Shown here in pieces: positions 50,601 to 64,000 of a DNA stretch of 64,000 bases. The stretch is from Octopus vulgaris (taxonomy: Eukaryota), in assembly GCA_951406725.2 (NCBI GenBank), contig OX597820.1, forward strand, positions 75,702,001 through 75,766,000. The letters are read 5' to 3'. The stretch's first letter is position 1; each line of letters starts with the position of its first letter. The position numbers and the translations under genes were made by a program. Under the pieces are notes generated by a model, which worked only from the letters and a program-made list of their open reading frames with translations, was not told the origin of the DNA and ran no database searches.

Positions 50601-51857
50601 TGGGAGGTAGGTGGGTGGGTGTGTGTGGGTGGTGTGTCCGGAAAAAAAAAAAAAAAAAAAACGGTCTCAAGAGGAGGGGGCTGTGTTAAGTCCGTGTGGG
50701 GTGGTAGTTTGTAGGGTGAAGATGTAGCGTTGCTCCAAGTGGAGCCTGGAAAGTGGGCGACCATTGTGGGGGGCGAGACCAAACACTGAGATGTCATCTC
50801 GGGAATGGCCGGCCGAGCGGAAGTGGCGTGCGACGGGAGAAAAAGAGTGTAGGCGAACGTCCCTCAAGTGTTCAGTGAAACGGTCGGACAACCGGCGTCC
50901 CGTCTGACCTACATACAGCATCCCGCATAGGTTGCATTTAATGCAGTAAATAAGGCCAGACGAGGTGCACGTAAAAGAGTGCCTAATGCGTACAGTATGC
51001 AGGTTGGAGCCGGTGACAGCGGTGGTGTTGGTGATGAAGGGGCAAGTGTTGCAGCGGGATCTAGAGCAAGGGAATGATCCGTGTGGGGCTGAGGGGGAAG
51101 GGGAGAGGGTGCTGTGGACCAGGAGGTCACGCAGATTGCGGGCTCGTTTGAAAGAGGACAGGGGTGGGTTAGGGAAAATGGGGCGGGTGGTGGGATCAAG
51201 CTGGAGGCAACGGAAGGCACGTAGTATCTTGCGACGAAGGGGTAGGGTAGAGGGGTGGAAAAGGAGGGGGAAGGGGGTGCGGTTGGGGGGTGGGCGGGGG
51301 GAAGGAGACAAGGCGGTAGTGCGGTCGATGCGACGGGCGCGGGTGAGGGCATCAGAGAGGAGTGTGGGTGGGTAACCTCGAGTCTGAACATGCGGGCCAG
51401 GTATTGAGATTGGGTCTCGAAATCCTGGTCGCGGCTGCACAAACGTCGGAGGCGGAGGAACTGGGAGTAGGGGATGGCTCGTTTGGTGTGGAAGGGGTGG
51501 GAGGAAGAGAAGTTGAGATAGAGGTGGGAATCCGTAGGTTTAAAGAAGGCGGTGGTGGTGAGAGAGCTGGAGGGGTGATCGATGCGGAGAGAGATGTCAA
51601 GGAAGTTGACAGAGGTGTTGGAGATGGTGGAGGTGAATTGAAGAGAGGGGTGAAAGTTGGAAAGGAAAGAGATGAATTGGCCGAGAAGTTCCCGGGAAAG
51701 GGAGGTGGCACCTACACAGTCGTCGATATAGCGACCGTATAGTTCGGGGGTCGGCCCAGAGAACTGGGAGAACACTTGGGCCTCAATGTAGCCAAGAAAG
51801 AGATTGGCGAAATTGGGGCCCATCCTAGTTCCCATCGCGATCCCGGACATCTGTTGG
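47615..51857 (-). mobile_element. Penelope-like retroelement, copy 2
   Basis: Same truncation point and frameshift as copy 1; hammerhead motif at 47707-47742. Confidence 0.9.
50667..51850 (-). pseudogene. PLE RT/GIY-YIG pseudogene, copy 2
   Basis: ORFs 50909-51850 and 50667-51440; R>C and Y>F differences from copy 1. Confidence 0.9.
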
Positions 51858-52072
51858 TATATATATATATGGCATATATATATTTATCGGGTTGTCGGAG
51901 AAATTCGGTTTTTTTCCTTTCAACTTGGCATTCGATCGTCACAGGTCTGAAAAGAGATAAAATTCATTGGAATTTTAAAGTCAGTAAAGAAAACTTTGCA
52001 GAGACGAAAGTGTGACTGTGTGGTTCGGTTCCACTACGTGGCACCATAGGCAGGTTGCTATTACTACAACCA

Positions 52073-52128
<56 letters not shown>

Positions 52129-52266
52129 ATATAATATTTGCAAACACACCAGAAAGTCTTTGTAAGTTACGGAGAGAAAGCTACTATGGAAAATATATAT
52201 TATTATTATATATTGTTATACAGTTATTTTATATATATATATTCTTTTTTTCTATTTATACATACT

Positions 52267-52301
<35 letters not shown>

Positions 52302-52311
52302 TATATATATA

Positions 52312-52440
52312 GGCGCAGGAGTGGCTGTTTGGTAAGTAGCTTGCTAACCAACCACATGGTTCCGGGTTTCTGCTATAGCCCCGGGCCGACCAATGCCTTG
52401 TGAATGGATTTGGTAGACGGAAACTGAAAGAAGCCTGTCG

Positions 52441-52503
<63 letters not shown>

Positions 52504-52722
52504 ATTTGTGTGTCTGTGTTTGTTCCCCTAGCATTGCTTGACAACCAATGCTGGTGTGTTTACGTCCCCGTCACTTAGCGGTTCGGCAAAAAGAGACCGA
52601 TAGAATAAGTACTGGGCTTACAAAAGAATAAGTCCCGGGGTCGAGTTGCTCGACTAAAGGCGGTGCTGCAGCATGGCCGCAGTCAAATGACTGAAACAAG
52701 TAAAAGAGTAAAGAGTAAGAGT
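52312..52722 (+). mobile_element. SINE family A with a deletion of about 33 bp
   Basis: CCGGGTTTCTGC here versus CCGGGTTCAGTTCCACTGCGTGGCATCTTAGGCAAGTGTTTCTGC at 42492. Confidence 0.9.
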
Positions 52723-52968
52723 ATATATATATATATTTAAAATATAATGGACTACGATAAACGTACTTTCCGTGGTAATTCATGACAATGGAAAGAATTA
52801 AAATAAGGCGGAGGCGAAGATATGAACCAACTTATCTGACAATGCAGAATAGCAAACGAATATATACAACATAAAATCATATAGAACCCTTCAATATGTG
52901 TGTGTGTATGTATGCATATGTATACATATATGTATATGTGTTTATGTGTGCGTTTGTATGCATGCATG

Positions 52969-52999
<31 letters not shown>

Positions 53000-53677
53000 G
53001 TGTGTGTGTGTGTGTGTGTTAATGTTCTAGAAAATAATACCAGAGAATTAGAAATAATGTAAGAAAGTGATACACGTAAAGAATACTCATTACTAAAGTG
53101 TTGAGTTATTTAAAATAGATGATAAAGGAAAGAAAAAACCTGTGGTATACAGTAGGTCGATTACTGCAGATTCTTCCACCAGCATTCCAAGCAATATAAT
53201 ATACTAGAGCACGGTAATCATAGTAGATAAAAACAGAAAGCACCAATAATTATCACAGTAATAAATATAATAGTCGTATTATCTCGTCGTCATATCACCG
53301 TTATAATAGTCATCTCATTTCGTAAAAAAAAAAGGAGAGAGATTATCTCGTCTTCCATTTTACCTACTCCAAACATTGCAAGCAGATATGTTGTATTGTC
53401 TGTCTATGTTTATAAATACTGTAAACTAACTGTCTTTTCGATATGGATGATTGAAAATTATACGCAATAGACAACACACAGCTGGAGAATTTACTAAGGT
53501 TGTACATTGATGCAGCAGTTACTATCTGAATGGTTTGGGGCGGCTGTGAAAATTGTGGTAAAACGCATGAAAGTCAACCCCTAAATGCTCAAAAGAATAT
53601 TGAAATCAGAGAATCAGAACAAAAATACTCACACAAGATCTTGCTTTGCCTGGGGCCCTAAATATTTTGCTAGTGAA

Positions 53678-53882
53678 GGCGTGTGGCTTAGTAGTTAGGG
53701 AGTTTGGCTCTCGATCTTGAGGTCATGAGTTCGATATCGGGCGACGCCTTGTGTCCTTGAGCAAGACACTTTATTTCCGATTGCTCCAGCTCACTGAGCT
53801 GGCAAATATAAGCAGTACCTTTTTTCAAAGCCTAATTACATTGTGTCACGCTCAGTTTCCCCTGAGAACTACGTCAAGGGTA

Positions 53883-53885
<3 letters not shown>
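53678..53885 (+). mobile_element. SINE family C, copy 2
   Basis: Duplicate of 43856-44062. Confidence 0.75.
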
Positions 53886-53941
<56 letters not shown>

Positions 53942-55052
53942 GTAACAGAAAAGAGGAATTTCGGTTGTCCCCACGTGGTGGATTGTAATGTATATAAGAA
54001 ATTAAAAAAGGAAAATACGCACACTTACATTGTTATAGTATAATTTTTAATGTATCGACTGGTTTCGCAAACGCTATTCATGATATAATGTTTAATTTAT
54101 ACGAAAATATATTTTTTGTTAAGAAGAAATATGGTCCATGTTGTTTGTAATGAAATTCACGACTGAATGATTTTACAAGTTGACAAGTAAAGGGAGGTAA
54201 TTGGTTATTATTATTGTTATTGTTGTGTGTACGGGAGATAACTGTTTAGGTTTTGGGTGTTGGAATAAATGTGTACAGAAAGGAGACAGGTTTAATATAT
54301 ATATATATATCAGTATCCCTGCACATATACACATATATATCCGTAGATGACCAAATTGATGTCGATAGAGACGTACGTACAATCGCGATTTATGCATACA
54401 TTTCTAAGCTGATTTATGTGTGCAAATATTTCGATATGTCGTTGAAGGAATAGTATCAAAAATAGGTATTCACATCACAGCATAGATATATACAGTATCC
54501 TATATACAATTCGTGATATTCCTAATGGTACGTAGAGATCTTAAAGCAACAAAGCAAATGCGATGAAATATAAATGCAATGCAATACAATAAATCGTAGC
54601 AAAAATATCGAAGTTCAGATGTATTCCTACTTTAGATGAATGAGTAATAGCTTTGATAGTAGTTAATAATAATCAATATTAATCAGTGATATAAATTAGA
54701 ATAAGTAGGTGTGAACAGTTGATTAAATCTTCATAAGTATGGTAAGCTGAATGATTATCGGTGTATTAACATGAAGCAATACGAAATTACTGGATCCTAT
54801 TTGAAATCAATAATATTCTTAACGCTATTACAGGTACAAAATCGATTTTCCGGAGCCTTTCCGGATTTCTGATTTTTCCAAACAAAGAGTAGTCACCTCG
54901 CTTAATACACTCGAAACATTGACTTTCCTTAAATTATTAAATGAAATACAGGACCTATGCATTAGCCTAAATTAGAACGGATTAGAGATTCCGGAATATC
55001 AGTGACTGGAAATTCGGTGTTGTTCCTGTTTTAATATTGGCATGTAAAGTAA

Positions 55053-55628
55053 GGCGACGAGCTGGCAGAATCGTTAGCACACCGGGTATACTATTTAGCG
55101 GCATTTCGTACTAGTTTACGTTCTGAGTTCAAATTCTGCCGAAGTCGACTCTGCCTTTCATCCTTTCGGGGTCGATTAAATAAGTACAATTTCCCACTGG
55201 GGTCGATGTCATCGACATAATCCATTCAGCTGTCCTTGTTTGTCCTCTCTATGTTTAGCCTCCTGTGGGCAATACAGAAATAAATATTTAACGGCATTTC
55301 CTACTATTTACGCTCTGAGTTCAAATTCTGCCGAATTCGACTCTGTCTTTCATCCTTTCGGGGTCGATTAAATAAGTACAATTTACGCACTGGGGTCGAT
55401 GTCATCGACATAATCCCTTCAGCTGTCCTTGTTTGTCCTCTCTATGTTTAGCCTCCTGTGGGCAATACAGAAATAAATATTTAACGGCATTTCCTACTAT
55501 TTACGCTCTGAGTCCAACTTCTGCCGAGGTCGACTCTGCCTTTCATCCTTTCGGAATCGATTGGGGTTGACATAATCGACTTCCTCGTTCCCCCAAAATT
55601 GCTGGTCTTGTGCCTTTTGTAGAAAGGA
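55053..55628 (+). mobile_element. Tandem SINE family B, copy 2
   Basis: Duplicate of 45233-45808. Confidence 0.85.
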
Positions 55629-55643
55629 TTATTATTATTATTA

Positions 55644-55699
<56 letters not shown>

Positions 55700-55921
55700 T
55701 TTCCTTCTTTCTTTAAATTTTCTTCCGTTACTCGCCGAGTGTTTTGTGTACACCTGGGGCAGAGAACCTCATTGCATGCATTCCCAGATTAAACACGCAA
55801 ATTCACAGGTAAAATATGTATTTAAAAAATTAATAGATAAATAAATTCATGAATGGACGTTGTTTTCACAGCGATAATACTCTTCTCAGTACATGAGTCG
55901 TTCCAGTTAACATGATTTTTA

Positions 55922-55977
<56 letters not shown>

Positions 55978-56454
55978 GGCGACGAGGTGGTAGAATCATT
56001 AGCACGAGAGCAAACTGCTTAGTATAATTACCTCCTTCTAACGATCTGAGTTCAAATTCCGCTGAGGCCGACTTTGCATTTCATCCTTTCGGGGTCGATA
56101 ATATAAGTACGAGTTGAATACAGGAGTCGATGTAATCGACTTACACATTCCACGAAGATGCTGGCCTTGTGCCAAAATTTGAAACCAATATTTATAAATA
56201 GATTTGAAGCAAAACCACTTGTATATATATAAGCACAAATTGCTTGTAATTAGTAATGTAATATATTTAGTAGAGACCAATATAAATGATTAAAATGATT
56301 AAAGATATACACTCAGATCAATAAACAGAATACAAACGTCGACAGAGAATTATTATTTGTAAACCCTACTGGAATGTTATGATATTATTAGCATGAATTC
56401 TGCTGTAATTAGGTTGAGTCAAATAATTTGTACACACACACACACACACACAGG

Positions 56455-56504
<50 letters not shown>

Positions 56505-56704
56505 TATCTGTCTACAATTGCACTGCATTCTTACTCTGATCATAATTATACTCTGCTTGTATTGTGCAATAATTAAAAGTCATTTCATGCTTCCATTCAA
56601 TTATATATTAATTCCTTTTATTATATGGAATTCGATTCCGTCCTCTAATCTGAACTCTTAGATTTTCATATTGAACCAGGCGAGAGATATTTTTAATGCA
56701 TTCA

Positions 56705-57060
56705 GACTTTGGCACAGGGACACCAGGTTTCGATGGGAGGGCATAGTCAATTAAATTGACTCCAGTACTTGACTGGTACGTATTTTATCGACTCCAAATT
56801 GATGGGAGGGTAAGTCTATCTCGGTGGAATTTGAACTGAGAATGTAACGACGGACGAAATGCTGCTTAGCATTTAACCGGCTTGTTACCAGTTTCACCAG
56901 CTCGCTACCTTCGAAATACAAAATCATTAATATTAAGACAAGGTTTTATCACGCTAAAATAAAGGGTTAGCGGCATTTCGACCGTCTTTATATTCTGAGT
57001 TCAAATTACACCGAGGTCGACTTTGTTCTTCATCATTTATGGATCGATAAATAAGTAACA
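56705..57060. mobile_element. Divergently oriented SINE family B pair (- then +)
   Basis: Minus copy at 56705-56910 (GGAATTTGAACTGAGAA...CCAGCTCGCTACC); plus copy at about 56965-57060. Confidence 0.65.
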
Positions 57061-57180
57061 GACAACACCCCTCTACCACACATCAAAGGCGGTTGCCAAG
57101 TGGCGGTGGAGACAAACACACACACTTACACACACAAACAGGCACACAGATACATATATATACATACATGCAAACATACC

Positions 57181-57230
<50 letters not shown>

Positions 57231-57232
<2 letters not shown>

Positions 57233-57763
57233 TCTTGACAATTATTTTGTCGTATTTACATACCGAAATTTACCGGTAAATAATTGTTGGTTACATGAAA
57301 AACCACAGGAAAATTATTTACCATTTTTATTGTATTACCATGTGGATTCCTCATTCCATTACGATTACCCAGAAGGCGCGCATAGCAGAATTTTGGAGGG
57401 AAAATTTACGTTCCCAGTCGTTACTTGGTTTTAGCATCTGCGCACTTCCCCCCACTATCTGATGTCGCTGGGTCAGAAGTGAGGGCTGGTGGCATTTGAT
57501 AAAGCTAACGAATATAGCGCTGAAGAAGGAATTCAAACTCCCCTTTTTTTATGTTTGTGATCCAGAAACACCGTGTTCGCTATTAACGGTAAGTGACTGA
57601 ATTCGTATATTTGCCACTCCGGTTTTGTGTATGTGAGCCGCAAGGGCCTTCGTTTTTGGAATCTCCACTTATAGAAATGGAAAAAAGGGTCTTTGACTAC
57701 CATTTCTAATTCCTTCGGTATGAGGTGAAACAGCTCGCTGCTAGCCAACTTATTTTTCTTTAC

Positions 57764-57765
<2 letters not shown>
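57231..57765 (+). mobile_element. Non-coding hammerhead-bearing element of about 535 bp between (TA)n tracts
   Basis: Unique sequence sharply bounded by TA repeats, with a central hammerhead fold. Confidence 0.7.
57514..57583 (+). ncRNA. Type I hammerhead ribozyme
   Basis: ATAGCG CTGAAGA aGGAattCAAAC...GTTTGtgaTCCa GAAAC ACCGT GTT CGCTAT. Stem I is 6 bp, stem III ACAC/GTGT, GUU triplet. Confidence 0.75.
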
Positions 57766-57794
<29 letters not shown>

Positions 57795-57847
57795 ACCTAT
57801 ATAAAGATAGATAGATACATGTATTTATACATGAGATCTAAATCATC

Positions 57848-58050
57848 TACATGCTCGAATCAAGTGGTCCTGGTTCATTTCGGACATTGCTCTGACGATA
57901 GCAGCTTTCAAAGAATCTTTGGTGTTATGAGCGTATTCATTGACCTCTCCCTCAATACCTCTTCACATGTAATAGTCCAGTAGATTGAGAACCTGGGAAT
58001 TAGGAGGCCAAATGTTAGGGGTTATGTGGTCATGAAAATTTTCAGCGATC
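57848..58050 (-). pseudogene. Tc1/mariner-superfamily transposase C-terminal fragment
   Basis: Minus strand reads PNIWPPNSQVLNLLDYY*...HNTKDSLKAAIVRAM (WPPNSPDLNPLDY-like). Confidence 0.65.
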
Positions 58051-58109
58051 TATTCCTGTGTTACTAGAGCCTTCTGTGATAGTGCAGAGTCTTACTGAAA
58101 CACATATGA

Positions 58110-58702
58110 CCTTCCATTGCATACACTGTCTATCCAGGCCTTATCCCGATAAACAAGCGACTCCGCGAGCAAAACAAGACTCTCATCCTCGAAAGACCAT
58201 GGTGGGACTGAGAAAGCAAAGTTCATTACGAACTGATTTAGCACAACCAGACATTTAATTCGGAGCTCAACTGCACCGTCTCAACGAAGCAATTCAGCAA
58301 AAAGACCGAATAGGTGAAATGGCGTTCTTCTGCAACACGACAACTCCCATCTTCACGTTGCCAATATGACCAAAACTGCGATTCAAGAACTCGAATGGGA
58401 AGTGTTGCTTCATCCTCCAAACTCTCCAGACTTGGCGCCGTCAGATTTTCATCTCTTTCGACCGCTTTCGAACACTTTGCGCAATTTATCATTCAATAAT
58501 GACATGGAATTGAGGGCTTGGTTGAACGAATTCTTTGAGTCAAGACCAGAATATTTCTATCGCTAAAGCCTCGAAAATCTTATTGAACGATAGGAGGAAG
58601 TCGTAAGCAACAACGGAGAGTCTTTTATTGATAAATTGTTGTAGTTTCTTTATTTAAAATAAATTTGAAAAGAACGCTTATGAATTATTCCTGAACCCAA
58701 TA
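58110..58702 (+). mobile_element. Mariner 3' fragment
   Basis: WEVLLHPPNSPDLAPSDFHLFRPLSN; TIR-like end TTATTCCTGAACCCAATA. Confidence 0.8.
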
Positions 58703-59724
58703 CAAAATAATTTGAACGGAGAAGCAGCTACAAGGTAAATATGTTTATCTTTTTCTCTAAGAGTTAAATTTTCTAAATTTTGAGAGATTGTGAATAACTT
58801 GAACAGCACAAGATGAAACTAGTGACAGATGAAAGAATTTTATTACGTATAACACAGAGTGTAAAAGAAATTAACAGTCTCGACGTAATCTAAGGAATGT
58901 AATATTTCTATTCTAGTCTTAAATTCGAATCGACATTTCAGGTTTTACTGTAAAAATGCCGAAGTATTTAGGAAGAATGCGCAATCTAAGTTTACCAACG
59001 CAAGTTTGATATCGCGTTCATAATTTCCAAATTCTGGTTTGGCGCCTTCGTTGATTATTGCTGTGAATATCGTCAAAATGTTCAGAATAAAAGGCTGGAG
59101 AAGCCATCAGAAATTTACGAGACCTGATCTAGATTCTTCCTCAACGTACAGAAAATGGTACCATTTTTAATACCGAAATGAAAAATGCCAATATTTCTAG
59201 ATCCGATTTCAGGTATACATTACAATTAATAGAACGTCTTTTCCTGGACGCTCGAATTACTTTAAGAATGTTGAAATAATTTTAATCTCGAATCTGTATT
59301 TTAAGAAAGGAAGAAAGGAAATTCCAGACGTTTAACTTCTGGAACATATAAGTATTTCTGTTCACACTGGGATAAAACACAAAGAATTCAATTTTCAAGA
59401 CATTTGATTTTTTTTTTTCATTCAGAATTCAAAAAGAAACTTCTTACGTAATAGTTAGAGAAGATTTTACTCTTAAGGTGTTTAAGACCAGCTGGCAAGA
59501 ACTGAAGATACCTATCACAATTGCTTGTTCTATCTCACCAATCATTTTCGCCAAGATTATAAAGTAGATACTGAGAATTGAAAAATGCCACCAGCAAATA
59601 ATTCTTCGACATCTTTCAATACCATCAATATTCAATGAAAATATAGAATTCCGAAGCTAGAGACAGAAAATTTGACTGGCAAATAATATGCAGGGGTTTA
59701 AATGTGTTCACATGTTCACATACA

Positions 59725-60146
59725 TACTCTCTTTTACTCTCTTTTACTTGTTTCAGTCATTTGACTGCGGCCATGCTGTCGCACCGCCTTTAGTCTATCA
59801 AATCGACCCCAGGACTTATTCTTTTTAAGCCTAGTTCTTATTCTATCGTTCTCTTTTGCCGAACTAGTAAGTTACGGGGACGTAAACATACCACCATCAG
59901 TTGTCAAGCAATGTTGGGGGGACAAACACAAACACACAAACATATACACATACATACATATACATATATATATATACATACGACAGATTTCGTTTAGTTT
60001 CTGTCTACCAAATCCACTCACAAGGCTTAGGTCAGTCCGAGGCTATAGTAGAAGACACTTGCCCAAGGTTCGACGCAGTCAGAATGAACCCGGAACCATG
60101 TGGTTTTGGTAAGTAAGCTACTTACCACACAGCCACTCCTGTGCCT
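59725..60146 (-). mobile_element. SINE family A
   Basis: Full reverse-complement copy with tail TACTCTCTTTTACTCTCTTTTAC. Confidence 0.85.
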
Positions 60147-60459
60147 AACCATAGATATAACATACACACATATACTTTTATAATATACATACATGTATAC
60201 ATAGTACACACACACACACACACATATATATACTTCTGTATAATGATACCCGATCAAAATGTTGGTAGGTTTTTTTGGTTGGTTGGTTGATTTCTCTAGT
60301 CATGCTTTACATCATATAGATACAAAGATAGATAGTAAGAGAGAAATAAAGGAGTAAGTTCACTAGGGGCAAGATGAGAATACATACTAGGATTGGTGGC
60401 AGGCAATGGGTTATACCAACGCGCGCGCGCACACACACATACATACAGCTAATTTTACA

Positions 60460-62130
60460 ACTGTTACGGTAAAACAGTCAAACATCTATTGTATATGGAT
60501 GATCTAAACTATATGCTACAAATGATAAAGAGCTAGAAATATTACAACCGTTAGTGCATGGATTTACCAAAGAAATAAACATGAAATTCAGCTTAGAAAA
60601 ATGTGCCAAAGCAACCGTGAAAAGACGAAAAGTAGTTCAGAGTAACAATATCACGGTAAGTAAAGCAAATGAAACAAGAGAACTAGAGCAAGGCCAGGCA
60701 TACAAATACTTAGGATTCAGAGAACCAGATACAGTTCAGTACACACAAATGAAAGAGAAGATAAGAAAGGAATACTTTAGACGAGTTAGATTAATACTTA
60801 AAAGAGAGCTCAATGCGAAAAACAAGATAATAGGTATCAACACCCTAGCTGATCCAGTTGTAAAGTACAGTCACAATATTCTTAATTGGATTCTGTATGA
60901 ACTAACCAAACTAGACAGGAATACAAGTAAAATTATGACAGAATTTAGGATGCACCACCAAAATCTGACATAGAATGTTTATATATACAATGAATTGACG
61001 GTAGTAGAGGCCTTATGCAACTAGAAAACTATTACATAATAACCATGGTAGGTTTACAGAAATATATCATTGAGAAGCAAGGAAAACTGGTACAAATTAC
61101 CGCAAAACACGAGCAAAACAAACAAAAAAACTGTTTTCTCTTTTTAAAGAAGCTCAAAAATACAAGAAGGAAACCATAGTATCTGACAACCGTATGGAGA
61201 AAGAGAAAACAACAAAAGTTGTAAGTCAACTGAAACCCAAACTGAAAGTGGAGCAACAAAGTATCATAATAAAACTCTGGGAAGAAAATACCTTACATGG
61301 CGGATACTGAGATAAGCTAAACAAAGTAAATAGACAAAATGAAATCCTAACAATGGTTGAAATGCTGAGGACTCAAAGCAGAGACTGAAGGATTTTTAAT
61401 TGTAGCAGAAGATCAAGGTATCACCACCAGAAACAGATAATGAAGAAAACTACAGGTAACTGCAGAATATGTGGTGATGAGGGAGAAAAATAAGTCATTT
61501 TTTCTGTGGCTGCTCAATCTTGGCTAAGGAGGAATATATCCACAGACATGACAGAGTTGGGACATATATACACTGAAAGCTAGGCCAACATTATAGAATA
61601 ACAAACAAAAAATTGATGGTATGGGGACACCCCAGGAAAGGTTTCAGAAAATGATTAATCAACCATACCCTGAGATATGCCAATATACACAGATAGAGAA
61701 ACCAGATATAATTGTCAGAGATCATAAAAAGAAAGATGCTTTCTAATCGATGTATCGATACAAACAGATGATAATGTATCTATAAGATAAACGGAGAAAC
61801 TTTCAAATACAACGATCTGGAAATAGAGTTAACCCGAATGTGGAGCCTAAAAACAGAAAGAATCCCTATAATGATAGTTGTATTAGGTGTAGTTTTAAAA
61901 AACATCAAACAATGATATAACCAAAACATTAGGATTTACGATTATATACACTTGTAGCATAGAAAGTAGCACTACTAGGCGCGGCACACATTCTACGTAG
62001 AGCACTTCCAACACAATGAATATAACTGCACCGCAATAAACCACTGCACACAACCAAGGCACGCAGAGCTGTGCTCGGTGGTGTAGTGAAAGCACGTGAT
62101 AAAAATAAGACTACTGGATAATAATAATGA
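60460..62130 (+). mobile_element. 5'-truncated R4/Dong-type (RLE) non-LTR retrotransposon, decayed
   Basis: HLLYMDDLKLYA, YKYLG, CRICGDEG...SGC zinc knuckle, HRHDRV, PDIIVRD...LIDVSI (PD-D/ExK RLE). The 3' UTR ends in (TAA)n. Confidence 0.85.
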
Positions 62131-62224
<94 letters not shown>

Positions 62225-62263
62225 ATGATTATGATGATGATGTTGATGATGATGATGATGATG

Positions 62264-62318
<55 letters not shown>

Positions 62319-62367
62319 TAATAATAATTATAAAAACAGTAACAACAACAAAAACAACAATAATAAC

Positions 62368-62407
<40 letters not shown>

Positions 62408-63149
62408 TACTGCTTTTGCGAATTGTATTATGTTGCTCCCTCTTAAGATGTATTTTATAGCTGACTGGAATGATGGTGTCGAGTCAAAGAATATAGATCC
62501 TATTTACTCATTCGCATGAAGCTTAGATCACATGACACATGGCTTCAGAAACTGATATACTGAAACGAACAAACGCCAACGCATCATATGCAAACGTACA
62601 TAGGCACAAGTACAGAAAGAAATAACCACATTGGCGCATACATTGACAAGTGTGTAGCAATGTGTAAGCATAAGGAAAGGAAATGATGTGTGAATTACAC
62701 CGAAGTCATTTATATTCTATAGAAAAGAATGGAAGGAATTCCAGAGAGTTATTCTAATGATAAATTGAAACTGATGAAGTAAACGGATTCAGTTTTCCTT
62801 AGTTGAACCCAGAAATATACGGCAATAATACTGAAACATTATATGCCCTTCTTGACGCCCTGCAGCAAAAAGTTAGACTTGAACATGTATTTTATCTTTT
62901 ATTGTTTATTTGTTTCAATCTTTGGTCTGCGACCATGCTAGGGCTGAACGTACACATGGTGGAGCATAAAGATCTCCCAGATTTGGAAGGGGTACCGTGG
63001 AGACGAAAGTTAAAGTAGGGACAAGAGAGAGGTTTCATTTGGAAGGGTAACATCTAGCATTTTTGTATTTATTAATAATTACTAAAAACCTTCTTCCTTT
63101 TTTAGATTCTTTCATTTTTCTATTCATCATTAATTACTCAAAATCTTTG

Positions 63150-63520
63150 ACTGGAGAAGTAGGGTGGCTGACGAGGCCACCAGATTTAAGCCCTTGTCCC
63201 CTTTTCCTTTGGGGATGCATAAACGAAAACAATTTCCGACAACGTCCTCGTAGATTTGAGGATTTGATAGAAACGATTCATGAGGAAATCAACGCAATAC
63301 CACTTGAGATGGCACGGAGAGTTATGGAGAACTTCTGGGAACGAATGAGCCAATGCATTGCCAACAACGGCCACCATTTAGCTAATATACTTTTTAAAAC
63401 ACAGTAAAATAAACTTATTTTTAAGTACTCTACAGAAACATAATAAATTTGTTCCTGGGTGGTTGTGTTCTCTTTTTATACTCATTTCTAATGAGGAAAA
63501 TACTCCATGCTCCACCCTAA
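63150..63520 (+). mobile_element. Tc1/mariner-superfamily 3' fragment
   Basis: WLTRPPDLSPCPLFLWG...EDLIETIHEEINAIP...CIANNGHH (WPPRSPDLTPCDFFLWG-like). Confidence 0.7.
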
Positions 63521-63664
63521 AGTACCTATTTGTTTTTAAAATCTGTTTAATGTCTGCTGGTAATTTTTTCATAAAATGCTACGCGATGGGGACGTAAACA
63601 AATCCACGGCTGCCTGTGAGACAGACTCAAAGGCAATGACACACAGATGCAAATATATATATAT

Positions 63665-63890
63665 ATATTTCTTTATTGCCCACACGGGGCTAAATACAGA
63701 GGGGACAAACAAGAACAGACAAAGGGATTAAGTCGATTACATCGACCCCAGTGCGTAACAGGTACTTATTTAAGCGACCCCGAAAGGATGAAAGGTAAAA
63801 TCGGCCTAGGTTGAATTTGAACTCAGAACGTAACGGCAGACGAAATACCACAAAGTATTCCGCCCGACGTAATAACGACTCTGCTAGTTA
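63665..63890 (-). mobile_element. SINE family B
   Basis: GGGATTAAGTCGATTACATCGACCCC...CCCCGAAAGGATGAAAGG...TTTGAACTCAGAACG. Confidence 0.8.
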
Positions 63891-63909
63891 TACATACATA
63901 GATACATAC

Positions 63910-63966
<57 letters not shown>

Positions 63967-64000
63967 TTTTCTTTTATTTCCTCCACCTCACTCTCTATTT

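Larger units (their letters stand above)
46907..56626 (+). repeat. Copy 2 of the 9.7-kb duplication (includes second copies of all nested elements)
   Basis: Differs from copy 1 by microsatellite lengths, a few SNPs and small indels. Confidence 0.95.

Overview
AT-rich, microsatellite-laden eukaryotic DNA with no convincing host gene. The SINE families suggest an Octopus (cephalopod) genome; this is inferred, not tested. The window is almost entirely mobile DNA: at least three tRNA-derived SINE families, a near-complete mariner with TIRs and TA TSD (21198-22476), other Tc1/mariner relics, a non-autonomous Helitron, decayed Tx1/L1 fragments, an R4/Dong-type LINE ending in (TAA)n, and a 5'-truncated Penelope-like element (PLE; RT + GIY-YIG). 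The PLE appears twice because 37027-46806 is repeated at 46907-56626 across a 100-N gap, probably a haplotypic false duplication. The main finding is a set of sequence-unrelated, non-coding elements of roughly 0.2-1.2 kb, mostly embedded in (TA)n tracts. They carry type I hammerhead ribozyme folds (CUGANGA...GAAAC...GUH, usually with a palindromic stem III), and many have an inverted partial copy of themselves. The clearest are at 8082-8167 (in a 539-bp tandem unit), 33932-34017, 57514-57583 and 1502-1552. They look like a diverse retrozyme/PLE-pLTR system. The local hammerhead-bearing PLE, which has a 3-kb CA-rich tail, represents the class of element that could mobilise them. All folds were read by eye and are unverified computationally.
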